Shown in pieces: positions 24,110 to 36,524 of a DNA stretch of 64,000 nucleotides (within the stretch, counting starts at the first letter, position 1; each line of letters begins with the position of its first letter). The stretch is from assembly GCA_950097015.1 (NCBI GenBank), contig CATNEN010000007.1:7378001-7442000 (forward strand), given 5' to 3'. The position numbers were made by a program, and so were the translations under genes. The DNA is from Macrostomum hystrix (lineage: Eukaryota > Animalia > Platyhelminthes). Below the pieces are notes generated by a model, which saw only the letters and a list, made by a program, of their open reading frames with translations, did no database searches and had not been told where the DNA came from.

Positions 24110-24428
24110 AAGCACCCCTCATACCCACCACCCCTCATACTCACTAACACAAACAAACACTAACACCCGCCACCCCTCATACCCAACATTCACGCACTCG
24201 CCACCCCTCACATCCGCCACCCCTCACACCCACCACCCCTCATACCCACCATCCCCGCACTCGCCACCCCTCACACCCACCATCCCCGCACTCGCCACCC
24301 CTCACACTCACCACCCCTCACACCCACCATCCCCGCACTCGCCACCCCTCACCCGCCACCCCTCATACCCAGCACCCCTCATACCCACCATCCCGAACCC
24401 GCCAAATCTCACACCCGCCACCCCGCAC
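24110..24428 (+). repeat. Degenerate C-rich tandem repeat (CGCCACCCCTCACACC)
   Basis: Repeated motif visible directly. Confidence 0.75.
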
Positions 24429-24824
24429 ACTGTAGATCGATCTACTGTACCAGCTACCCGCAAATTCAAGCCTGTATTGTTCGTGATCCTTAGCTTGAAA
24501 AATGTTGATTATCTTATAGTTACTGAATATATTTATTTTGGATAAATCCACATGCGCTTAATCAATTAGACCAAGTCTTCCTTTGTGCCTTCCATTGGCT
24601 TTGCAATGCGCATTGTAATCCCGTGCAATTTTTAACCAGTTTGCACGGCGACCAACTAACGCGAGCTTCCCTCAAGTGCAAATACAATTTGATGTTCTAT
24701 TTTTTATCTACAGTTTTTATGTTTATTAGTTTGAGTGCAAACTGATCTAACTGAATGTAACTGGCTTCTTTATTTTGTAGTTTTTCTTTAAAGCGGTCTA
24801 AAAAAGCGGAAGAAGTGTTCACAA

Positions 24825-25722
24825 CCACCAATGCATCTATCCACTCCGCCATCCACCAATGCATCTATCCACTCCGCCATCCACCAATGCGTCTATCCAC
24901 TCCGCCATCCACCAATTCATCTATCCACTCCGCCATCCACCAATGCATCTATCCACTCCGCCATCCACCAATTCATCTATCCACTCCGCCATCCACCAAT
25001 GCATCTATCCACTCCGCCATGCACCAATTCATCTATCCACTCCGCCATCCACCAATGCATCTATCCACTCCGCCATGCACCAATTCATCTATCCACTCCG
25101 CTATCCACCAATTCATCTATCCACTCCGCCATCCACCAATGCATCTATCCACTCCGCCATGCACCAATTCATCTATCCACTCCGCCATCCACCAATTCAT
25201 CTATCCACTCCGCCATCCACCAATACATCTATCCACTGCCTGTCAATCTATCCAGTGACTGTCCATCTATCCACTGACTGCCCATCTATCCACTGACTAT
25301 CCATCTGTCCACTGCCTGTCCATCTATCCACTGACTATTCATCTATCCACTGACTATTCATCTATCCACTGACTGTCCATCTATCCAGTGACTATCCATC
25401 TATCCAGTGACTGTCCATCTATCCAGTGACTTCCATCTATCCACTGACTATCCATCTATCCACTGACTATCCATCTATCCACTGACTGTCCATCTATCCA
25501 CTGACTGTCCATCTATCCACTGACTGTCCATCTATCCAGTGACTATCCATCTATCCAGTGACTGTCCATCTATCCAGTGACTGTCCATCTATCCACTGAC
25601 TATTCATCTATCCACTGACTATTCATCTATCCACTGACTGTCCATCTATCCACTGACTATTCATCTATCCAGTGATTATCCATCTATCTACTGACTATCC
25701 ATCTATCCACTGACTGTCCATA
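24825..25722 (+). repeat. Compound minisatellite: 28-bp units (to ~25238) switching to 19-bp units, sharing the core CATCTATCCACT
   Basis: Tandem arrays visible directly. Confidence 0.95.
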
Positions 25723-27212
25723 TTTTCAACTATCTACCAACTAGTATGTTCATTACTATTATGTATTATGGCCACTAAAGAAGCAGTGATGAAACCGATT
25801 ATCAAATATCTATGCTGTTAAGAGGCATGAGTCACGTCTCTATCAGCTGTTGCCATTCAAATCTATTGCGGATTCGGCGTCTCAGAAGTCAGGCATAAAT
25901 TCATAACCTTGTCATCAGCATATTTGCCTATCAATTTCAAATCAATGTGAACTGCTTAATTTAAATGGGAAACAAAAAGGCAGGAATTCAAATTTCTATT
26001 GGAGGAATAGAAGCATTTTTCCAGCCCTATTTTTACTGTAGGGCCATCGTTTGAAGTGCCTCCATCGGCCCCATTGTTCCGGGACACGGCGGACTGCTTG
26101 GCTGGTGGAAGTTTCGACGGCACTGGAGCAGAAGCAGCGCTTTTGAGTCAAAACTGGGTGGGGTGGGCTAGCGCTTTTAGCAGAAGAAGACAAACTCAAT
26201 AAGAGGCTGAGTCAACACGGCGGCTCTACGCTGCGGAAATTCGCCCAAAATTTGGCAAATAAATTGTAGCTGGTGGTAGACAAATTTAGTCCAGCAGAAG
26301 AAAAAAACTAGAGGCGATGGGAGAAAAGTCACGCCTAAGCACCTGGGACAGCGCCTGCTGTTTTTATTATTGTTTGACTATTATTATCCATACCTGGTTT
26401 CTCCACCTTTGCCCCCCCCTGCAGTGCAAATACAACTGAAATTCAAGGCCAAAAGGCCACTTCAATTATTTGTCTGCAGAAGCGAACATAAGACAGGGGT
26501 GCGGTGTGTGCCCAATTTGGCAAATATTCTTTCTCAATGTTATGTGCGTGGTCTGTCGGCCTTCCAGCCAGGTCCACGGACTGAACAGCTGGAGACAGTT
26601 TTTGAAAGTGTCTGTCAATGACTGCTCATGCGCCCCAACTGGGCCAGGTGTAATTTCTACATGTTAGTGTGTTGTGCGTAGCCGTGATTTACGAACTTGG
26701 AGATGAAATAAAATCTAGCCAATGCGGCATCAGCAGTCGCGCTGAGAAGTGGATTGGCGTACTTTTCGCTAATTCCAGAATCTATGAGTATCCCGTGTTG
26801 GGATTTGCATGCTATTATTCTCTTACATTTCTTGACTATCTCAGCCCCATCAGCCAAGGCCCCTATCAGCAACTTCATCCGGGGCGGACAGAGGCTGGCC
26901 AAGCTCTTGGCAATGCGTAGTCACGGCGGGGATCTGGGATTGTTGGCGACTATGATCCCATCAGCTTGGAGTACAATGGAATTAGATTTATTATCAGGTT
27001 CTGCTGCTTTAATTCTAGCATTATGTCCAGCTGACAAAGAAAGTGATCGAAAAGCAAAATAAAATCTGAATTTATGTTCAGTTAAACTTTATTTAGCTCA
27101 TTGCTGTGACTGGGATAAGCAAACTGCATTCTGTGGTGCAAGGCCAAGTTTGAATTCTGTTTCAAGTCAATTACTCCGAGAATTCCGATCGTAGTTAGGA
27201 AGTTCTCGGGCC

Positions 27213-29089
27213 TCACTGGCTCGGTGGCAGCAGCCGAGCTGCTTCGGGCACCGGCACGCAGCTGGCCGTGCAGCGGCTCACAGAGCACATGTAGTTCGGG
27301 CTGCGGTACTGCGCCATGCAGTCCACGTGGCTGAAGCATTGCACCTCGAAGGCCTCGCAGCCGCCGCCGGCGTTGTATAGAAACCGCTTGCTGGGCGCCA
27401 CCTCCTCCTGCGACTCATCGGAGCTCGCTGCGGGCGCGGGAAGGGAAGTGCTCAAAATGACTGGAGCTTGCACTTTTTACCAGCTACATTCAAATTAAAA
27501 ATAAATTTGTCTGAACTAGACAAGCAAATGGGACGATGCAAAATGGGATGGATCGGTAGGTTACTTAGAAACCCTGTGTACTTTTTAGACATGAGAATGG
27601 GAACTGGGAACTGGGACCAACTGCATAGCTTTGGTAGGCCTTTTACAATGCGGGTTGAGGGAATGGGAGTTTAGGGCAGTCTAAAGACCAACCACAGTCC
27701 AACATCTTTATCGCAGACTTAGTAGTTGACACGCTATGATTTTAGTCTATGAAACATCACTACTATGAGCCGTCACCAACTACACAAGTTGTCCTTACCA
27801 CCCGCCACCCCATACACACGCTGTCTTTAACACCCGCCACCCCATACACACGCTGTCTTTAACACCCGCCACCCCATACACACGCTGTCTTTAACACCCG
27901 CCACCCCATACACACGCTGTCTTTAACACCCGCCACCCCATACACACGCTGTCTTTAACACCCGCCACCCCATACACACGCTGTCTTTAACACCCGCCAC
28001 CCCATACACACGCTGTCTTTAACACCCGCCACCCCATACACACGCTGTCTTTAACACCCGCCACCCCATACACACGCTGTCTTTAACACCCGCCACCCCA
28101 TACACACGCTGTCTTTAACACCCGCCACCCCATACACACGCTATCTTTAACACCCGCCACCCCATACACACGCTGTCTTTAACACCCGCCACCCCATACA
28201 CACGCTGTCTTTAACACCCGCCACCCCATACACACGCTGTCTTTAACACCCGCCACCCCATACACACGCTGTCTTTAACACCCGCCACCCCATACACACG
28301 CTGTCTTTAACACCCGCCACCCCATACACACGATGCCCTTACCACCCGCCACCCCATACACACGCTGTCTTTAACACCCGCCACCCCATAAACACGCTGT
28401 CTTTAACACCCGCCACCCCATAAACACGCTGTCTTTAACACCCGCCACCCCATACACACGCTGTCTTTAACACCCGCCACCCCATACACACGCTGTCTTT
28501 AACACCCGCCACCCCATACACACGCTGTCTTTAACACCCGCCACCCCATACACACGCTGTCTTTAACACCCGCCACCCCATACACACGCTGTCTTTAACA
28601 CCCGCCACCCCATACACACGCTGTCTTTAACACCCGCCACCCCATACACACGCTGTCTTTAACACCCACCACCCCATTCACACGATGCCCTTACCACCCG
28701 CCACCCCATACCCCATTCACACAATGCCTGTAACAACCGCCACCCCACCCCGCCACGTCAATCCTTATTAATAGAAATATCTAGCTCGCATTACAGGCCA
28801 CTGCCAAAACCTTTTAATTTTCGAAAGTAAGAAAAATGAAACAAAACGCATATTTATAGACAGGTTTAGGCACACCCTATGAACGTAGGAATAATATACG
28901 CATTCTTCCCGACAGCTTCAACCAAATATCCAGTGAGGTGCTTTATTAGCTTGAGCAAATCCTTCCCCTTCTCAACATTCAGCTGTCGCACTGACCCGAG
29001 GCTCGTCCCACGCTCATCGACTGGACGCCTCCGCAGTGCTGAAGCGCCAGCAGCAGGGCCAGCAGTGAGATGGCGTGCAGAGACTGCAT
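27213..29089 (-). CDS. Secreted cysteine-rich prepropeptide (102 aa: signal peptide, acidic pro-region, KR site, 6-Cys mature peptide)
   Basis: Exon 1 is 29089-28996 (MQSLHAISLLALLLALQHCGGVQSMSVGRAS, donor GTCAGT, phase 1). Exon 2 is 27427-27213, after a pyrimidine-rich CAG acceptor, also phase 1. The total is 309 nt in frame. Confidence 0.8.
27798..28745 (+). repeat. 32-bp minisatellite (ACACCCGCCACCCCATACACACGCTGTCTTTA)
   Basis: Near-perfect array inside the intron of the peptide gene. Confidence 0.95.
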
Positions 29090-29964
29090 CGTTTGTTGCG
29101 CTTTGCTTGGCCCGGATTAGCTCAGAAATTCGTCCTCGGCTGCGTCTCGCTTGAAGGCTGCAGTCGGTGGCGGGGTTGGTGGGTGCGGCTCATGCGAGTG
29201 AGTGAGTTTTCTGGCAGTTCCTGCTAAAATTCGGGCCACAGAACAGTGGAAATGGCACACTTTCCTAGTATAATAATAGAACTGAATAATCCTCGACTTC
29301 AATAATGCACGAGTTTTTCTTCAGCAACGAATAGAAAAGCTTCACGGAGCCAGCCAGCCAGCCAGCACCTGATGAAATTTTCATGACAAGCTACCCAAAC
29401 AAAATGTCTTCTAACCAATCCACTGAATGGATGATCGGGTGTCCTCCATTTCGTCCTACCTGTTTGACGGACTCGGTATCGCGCGCAGGTGTGTCCGATG
29501 GGTCTCAGCGAATTCTTCAGTGCCGCGAGCCCCGGTTTGAGTTGCCAGGGCTTTAAGCTGCAGTTTCTGCGGCCAGCGATTGGTCGGCCCACGGCGAAAT
29601 GCACCGACCAATCCGAGACTGCCAGTCGAACGATATTGAAGAAGAAGGCCAAGCTCTTATTAATCATTTCAGAGAGTTTGATGTCTGGGAACTGCGTTTT
29701 AAATCACTCTGCAAATTCCATTTACTCTGATATTAGTTTTTATTGTGCGTCATTGAAATAAAGTTCTGTTGTCAGTGGCAACCAACTAGTGGTTATTTCG
29801 AAATGAACATTCTTGCTGAGCGGCAGGTTACAGAATGTGCACTTTTTAGGATTTTCTGGCTGTCTGGCGATGAAAACAATTCGGCCTATAATTGCTGGCA
29901 AAATTTATTGTGCAAGTGTTAGAAGGCATTCTTTAATGGGAGGCGAATAAAATGATTGCTTCGA

Positions 29965-30590
29965 AAGCCAGTTCTCAGAAGCCAGTCCTCATGTTCTCAC
30001 AAGCAATTCTAATAAAGCCAGTTCTCAGAAGTTAGTACTAAAAAGTCAGTTCTCAGAAGTCAGTTCTAAGAAGCCAGTTCTCAGAAGCCATTTCTCATGA
30101 AATAGTTCTCAAAAGCCATTTCTCATGAACTAGTTCTCAGAAGCCATTTCTCATGAACTAGTTCTCAGAAGCCATTTCTCATGAACTAGTTCTCAGAAGC
30201 CATTTCTCATGAACTAGTTCTCAGAAGCCATTTCTCATGAACTAGTTCTCAGAAGCCAGTTCTTAGAAGCCATTTCTCATGAACTAGTTCTCAGAAGCCA
30301 GTTCTCAGAAGTTAGTACTTAAAAGTCAGTTCTAAGAAACCAGTTCTCAGAAGCCATTTCTCGTAAGCTAGTTCTCAGAAGCCAGTTCTCATGAACTAGT
30401 TCTCAGAAGTTAGTACTTAAAAGTCAGTTGTAAGAAGCCAGTTCTAAGAAGCTATTTCTCATAAATTTGTTCTCAGAAGCCAGTTCTCATGAGTCAGTTC
30501 TCATGAGTCAGTTCTCAGAAGCCAGTTCTCAGAAGCCAGTTCTCAGAAGCCATTTCTCGTAAACTAGTTCTCAGAAGCCAGTTCTCAGTT
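29965..30590 (+). repeat. 14-bp minisatellite with a 28-bp dimer (GCCAGTTCTCAGAA)
   Basis: Tandem array visible directly. Confidence 0.9.
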
Positions 30591-30592
30591 CT

Positions 30593-31596
30593 TCTGATAG
30601 GGGGCTATGATAGTGTCTGACAGGGGCTATGATAGTGTCTGATAGGGGGCTATGATAGTGTCTGATAGGGGGCTATGATAGTGTCTGATAGGGGGCTATG
30701 ATAGTGTCTGATAGGGGGCTATGATAGTGTCTGATAGGGGGCTATGATAGTGTCTGATAGGGGGCTATGATAGTGTCTATTAGCAGGCTATGATAGTGTC
30801 TGATAGGGGGCTATGATAGTGTCTGACAGGGGCTATGATAGTGTCTGATAGGGGGCTATGATAGTGTCTGATAGGGGGCTATGATAGTGTCTGATAGGGG
30901 GCTATTATAGTGTCTGATAGGGGGCTATGATAGTGTCTGATAGGGGGCTATGATAGTGTCTGATAGGGCGCTATGATAGTGTCTGATAGGGGGCTATGAT
31001 AGTGTCTGATAGGGGGCTATGATAGTGTCTATTAGCAGGCTATTATAGTGTCTGATAGGGGGCTATGATAGTGTCTATTAGCAGGCTATTATAGTGTCTG
31101 ATAGGGGGCTATGATAGTGTCTGATAGTGTCTATTAGCAGGCTATGATAGTGTCTGACAGGGGCTATTATAGTGTCTGATAGGGGGCTATGATAGTGTCT
31201 GATAGTGTCTGATAGGGGGCTATGATAGTGTCTGACAGGGCTATTATAGTGTCTGATAGGGGGCAATGATAGTGTCTGATAGTGTCTATTAGCAGGCTAT
31301 GATAGTGTCTGACAGGGGCTATGATAGTGTCTGATAGTGTCTGATAGGGGGCTATGATAGTGTCTGATAGTGTCTGATAGGGGGCTATGATAGTGTCTGA
31401 CAGGGCTATTATAGTGTCTGATAGGGGGCTATGATAGTGTCTATTAGCAGGCTATTATAGTGTCTGATAGGGGGCTATGATAGTGTCTATTAGCAGGCTA
31501 TGATAGTGTCTGACAGGGGCTATGATAGTGTCTGATAAGGGGCTATGAAAGTGTCTGACAGGGGGCTATGAAAGTGTCTGATAGTGTCTGATAGTG
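30593..31596 (+). repeat. 23-bp minisatellite (TAGGGGGCTATGATAGTGTCTGA)
   Basis: Tandem array abutting the 14-bp array. Confidence 0.95.
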
Positions 31597-32128
31597 AGTG
31601 GGCTATGGTTTGTTTGATTGTGGCCAATGACAGATTGATTCGATACCTTTAAAATGAGGAGGAATATTCAAGAAAGGCTCAGTTCGGCAATAATTAGCAC
31701 TGGTCGTCCCACAGTCACCAGCAACGCCAAAGTGCAAGTCTATATTGTGTCGTATGATTTTAATCATGTAGCAACTACTTTGCACAGAAAGGGCTTCACG
31801 AAAGTTACAAAGTAGCATAAGGCAATGATAATGTAATCAAAAAACACGGACAACTTGATTCTTAAACTGCAAGAGTACTATAGTACATATCTGATTGCGC
31901 ACAATACAAACAAGCAGCTCTGTAGGCACCAGAAAAAAATAGACCTGATTGGTGGCATGGCTAATGCAACACAAATGACAAATAAATGATGATCATTTTG
32001 TTTGTTAATAGTAGACATTTGTACCTAAGAAGATATTCAGAATATTATAATATCATATCATATCAGAGAATGTACTTTACCAACGCAGAATAATAAAGTC
32101 GGGAAGATGCAGACTTCCCAAACTGTCA

Positions 32129-32800
32129 CAGATCCTCTAGCTAGATCCCAATCTTCATTCTCCCAGATCCTCTAGCTAGATCCCAATCTTCATTCTCCCA
32201 GATCCTCTAGCTAGATCCCAATCTTCATTCTCCCAGATCCTCTAGCTAGATCCCAATCTTCATTCTCTCAGATCCTCTAGCTAGATCCCAATCTTCATTC
32301 TCCCAGATCCTCTAGCTAGATCCCAATCTTCATTCTCTCAGATCCTCTAGCTAGATCCAATCTTCATTCTCCCAGATCCTCTAGCTAGATCCCAATCTTC
32401 ATTCTCTCAGATCCTCTAGCTAGATCCCAATCTTCATTCTCCCAGATCCTCTAGCTAGATCCAAATCTTCATTCTCTCAGATCCTCTAGCTAGATCACCA
32501 ATCTTCATTCTCCCAGATCCTCTAGCTAGATCCAAATCTTCATTCTCCCAGATCCTCTAGCTAGATCCAAATCTTCATTCTCTCAGATCCTCTAGCTAGA
32601 TCCCAATCTTCATTCTCCCAGATCCTCTAGCTAGATCCCAATCTTCATTCTCTCAGATCCTCTAGCTAGATCCCAATCTTCATTCTCCCAGATCCTCTAG
32701 CTAGATCCCAATCTTCATTCTCTCAGATCCTCTAGCTAGATCCAATCTTCATTCTCCCAGATCCTCTAGCTAGATCCCAATCTTCATTCTCCCAGATCCC
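32129..32800 (+). repeat. 35-bp minisatellite (AGATCCTCTAGCTAGATCCCAATCTTCATTCTCCC)
   Basis: Tandem array in which each unit contains the palindrome TCTAGCTAGA. Confidence 0.95.
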
Positions 32801-33142
32801 CAGACGACATCGTTAGTATGGCGAGTCTAAAACTCAGTCTGCAATCCATTGGCTGGACTCATGAAGGCACATGCTAAGTAGTACTATAGTAGTAAGTAGT
32901 ATAGCGTGAGTAAAACTCAACACACGAACAAAAAATATTATAGATTAAAAGCGAAGTAACTGGCCTCTTGTTTTTAAATCAAATTAAACTCTAAAAAAGT
33001 GACTGCCTTAATTTTTATGACTGTATGTACACGGAGAAAGCCAAAATTCAAGTGCGCGCTACATCTCGAAGAATACGAAAGAGCAAGCAAATTACATGCT
33101 CACTCGATTTGACAGCATCTAAAATGTTAAAGCGCGCCTACA

Positions 33143-34743
33143 CTACCGGCCATGTCTGCTTAGCTGCTGCTGCTGGCTGTACTGCATGAGCACCTGCTGC
33201 AGTGCCTGCACAGACAGGTCGTGAATCGCCTGCGGCCGGCACTGCTCCTCCAGCCAGCTGATGACGCAGCCGGAGAGTTCAGCAAAGCTGCCAGCCGAGG
33301 TTGAGCGATCGAAGCTGGCGAACAGCTGATCGGCTATGGATTGGAACACGCTGAGCTTCACCTGCTCCGGCAGCGGCTGCGACTGCGGAGACGAGCCAGC
33401 ATTCGCCGCCGCCGAGGCCGCGCCGCCCGCGCTAGAAGCGAAGTGCTCATAGTTCATCTTCATGATCTTCAGGGCCATGACCTGCGAGGTGGGACGACAT
33501 ACTGAGTTTAATTAGGCCTAAGCAAACATTCTCAGCTTCTCTTCTTTGCAAACATTTTGAAAGATTGACTTTCCTAACACTCCCAGATGCCTAGATTGGC
33601 TTCCCCAACACTCCCAGATGCCTAGATTGGCTTCCCCCAATACTCCCAGATGCCTAGATTGGCTTCCCCAACACTCCCAGATCCCTAGACAGGCTTTCCA
33701 AATACTCCCAGATCCCTAGACAGGCTTTCCCAACACTCCCAGATGCCTAGATTGGCTTCCCCAATACTCCCAGATGCCTAGATTGGCTTCCCCAATACTC
33801 CCAGATCCCTAGACAGGCTTTCCAAATACTCCAAGATCCCTAGACAGGCTTTCCAAATACTCCAAGATCCCTAGACAGGCTTTCCAAATACTCCCAGATC
33901 CCTAGACAGGCTTTCCCAACACTCCCAGATGCCTAGATTGGCTTCCCCAATACTCCCAGATGCCTAGACAGGCTTTCCCAACACTCCCAGATGCCTAGAT
34001 TGGCTTCCCCAATACTCCCAGATCCCTAGACAGGCTTTCCAAATACTCCCAGATCCCTAGACAGACTTTCCAAATACTCTCAGATCCCTAGACAGGCTTT
34101 CCAAATACTCCCAGATCCCTAGATTGGCTTCCCCAATACTCCTAGATCCCTATACAGGCTTCCCCAATACTCCCAGATGCCTAGATTGGCTTCCCCAATA
34201 CTCCCAGATGCCTAGATTGGCTTCCCCAATACTCCCAGATCCCAATTTTAGGTTTCCCAAGACGCCCCGCAGTCTCACCTCCTTCCGCAGCTTGTCGAGC
34301 TCGCGCTCCTGGGCCTCCTTCTGCCTGGCCAGGTGCTCCATGTGCCGGATGGAGCGCTGCAGAATTGAAGCCTTGCTCAGCGCCTTGGCGCCGCCGCTAG
34401 ACTCGCCTACGCCGCCCCCAGCGACGGAGGCGGCTCCGGCAGCCGAGGCGGTGGAGCTGGGCGCGGCTCCGACCAGCTCGTACAGTTTGTCATACCCCTG
34501 CTTGATGGCGTCGCGTCTCTTCTGCTCCGCCTGCGTGTGCAGCTCGCGTCGCCGATCCTTAACCATTGCGTTTGGTGACGAGGACGACTGAGCGCCGGTC
34601 GCGGCGGTAACAGCGTGTAAGCCGGGGCCATCTAGAAACGTGTCCTCTCGGTCCGACAGGCTGGGCGACCGTCGGCCGGCCCCGACACTGCTGCCACCGG
34701 AGGCTTGCAGGGCGCGCGATCGGCCACTGTTGGTCTGGCGCTG
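33143..34743 (-). CDS. MLX: Max-like protein X (bHLH-Zip plus C-terminal DCD); 5' end uncertain
   Basis: Exons are ~34743-34279 and 33481-33143, joined by a phase-0 GT-AG intron. Motifs KDRRRELHTQAEQKRRDAIKQGYDKL, LSKASILQ, EVMALKIMKMNYE, VKLSVFQSIADQLF and FAELSGCVISWLEEQC match Mlx. Confidence 0.92.
33575..34248 (+). repeat. 31-bp minisatellite (ACTCCCAGATGCCTAGATTGGCTTCCCCAAT)
   Basis: Fills most of the MLX intron. Confidence 0.95.
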
Positions 34744-36524
34744 CTGAAGATGCAGGAATTTCAAAATAATTTCATCATATAATGTGGATGACTACTTTCA
34801 GTAGTGGAAACGATGTATGAGAATAGGAAAATACAATTGTGAAATGGGTCTCCAACTCACTCATGATGATTACTAGATGATTTTAACATTTTTAGGAATA
34901 CTCAAAATTGACATCAGGACTTGAGCAAATATTCATAAGAAATTTTCAAGATTTTGTTGATAACTTTTTAAGCCAATCTGAATTTAGAGCTATGAATAGC
35001 ATATTTGATAACCTGTTTGAGAGCCATCTAGATGAGTACCCTTGGCACCATCTGTTTCCAAGGAATAAGTTCTTGGAAACTAACCTGCATGTATCCTCCT
35101 GTCCTATATTCTTGTGTTAATAGATGGTAGAAGGAAGTTTGAAACAAAAATGTTAGTAGCTCTAGCTATAATGGCTAAATTAATGTAGTAAAGTATGAGA
35201 TTGTCATGAGAATATTTATAGACCTTAGACTAGGTTTTAAGGTTTTTTACTGGAAAAATTTGTCATAATTTTTTCATGAAATTCTTTTGTTTGTTTATTC
35301 TTTACTTTCATATGCCTACTTAATTACTGAACTGATAAGCTAAAAAATGGTTCATAACTTTGCTCATACCTTTATATGAGCAGGCTGGTATGCATTTAAA
35401 ATCTTAATTGATCCAACATGAAATTATTTTTATTCTTATATAATACTCTTTAGCAGTGGCACAACTAGTGTTTTTAAGGGGGGCAAACCAAAGGGCAAGG
35501 TTGAAACTTCCTAGACAAGTGGCAAATGAGGTTCATTGGCCATTTAGTGGCAAAAATTGCTTGGTCACCTGATTATCTTTTGGGTTTTCCCATAGAAGGG
35601 GACAGTCGATGGTCGCCCCCAATAGTTGCACCAGTGCTATTTAGGATTTGACAATGGCAGACATCTAGCATTGTTCAATAATATAATATAATTGGAAAAC
35701 ATGTTGGGAAATACCTATCCATAAAACTTTTATAGATAATCTTAAGAAAACCAAAAAGCTTCTTTCTGTTGTATTCATCCAACAAAGCTAGGCATCTTTG
35801 CCTTTAGCAATAGTCCTAATCTAATGTACCAATGGTCCAACATAAGAATAGCTATGAACCTAAAGTAAAGTTCAACTGTCAACTATCAAGGTTGATTCGA
35901 TGCTGAATGTCAAGAAAGAATTCTTGAGTCCATGATTATAGTTGCTGTTTGACTTCACTCTCAAAAAATCTATTAGACAATGGACAACACAATAAAAAAA
36001 TAAATACCAAAGCATCAGCTATTGACAGCTGTGCGTGTGCTATGCCAGGATAATATTAACAGGAAAATAAGTAAAATCCACGATCAGTTTGTATAATAAA
36101 AAACAATAATTTTTTAATAAGTAAGGCTGCTGCAGACTAAACTATATTTTATCTGACCGTAAAAGCATTGGCATTACATATTGGAACGACCCAGCTTGTT
36201 CAAATTCGGAAAATGCACTTCGGATTGGATTTCTTAGCACTAGCTATTCGCCGCTAAAATCCATTTTTTGTCTAATTACGTGTTGTCATTGTTTCTAGTT
36301 ATTTGTTTCAGAATGTTTCTTTGTAACAAAATAGGTTACTTATTGAACTGACAAAAAAATATACCTTAATCCAAGTGGCTTTTTCTTCTTTGTTTTTTGT
36401 TTTAATGTAATCCCACGCAAAATTTCACATAACTGTTTAAAAAATTACTGGAATTCATAGGATTCGACGTTTATACATCGGAATATATAAAGTCTGTCTT
36501 TTAGTTCAAAGACATTCGCCAGCA

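Noticed and set aside
29965-30590. Arrays of TTCTCAGAA resembling STAT sites (also 43511-43925)
   Set aside because: It is a short motif inside satellite monomers, with no evidence of regulatory use.
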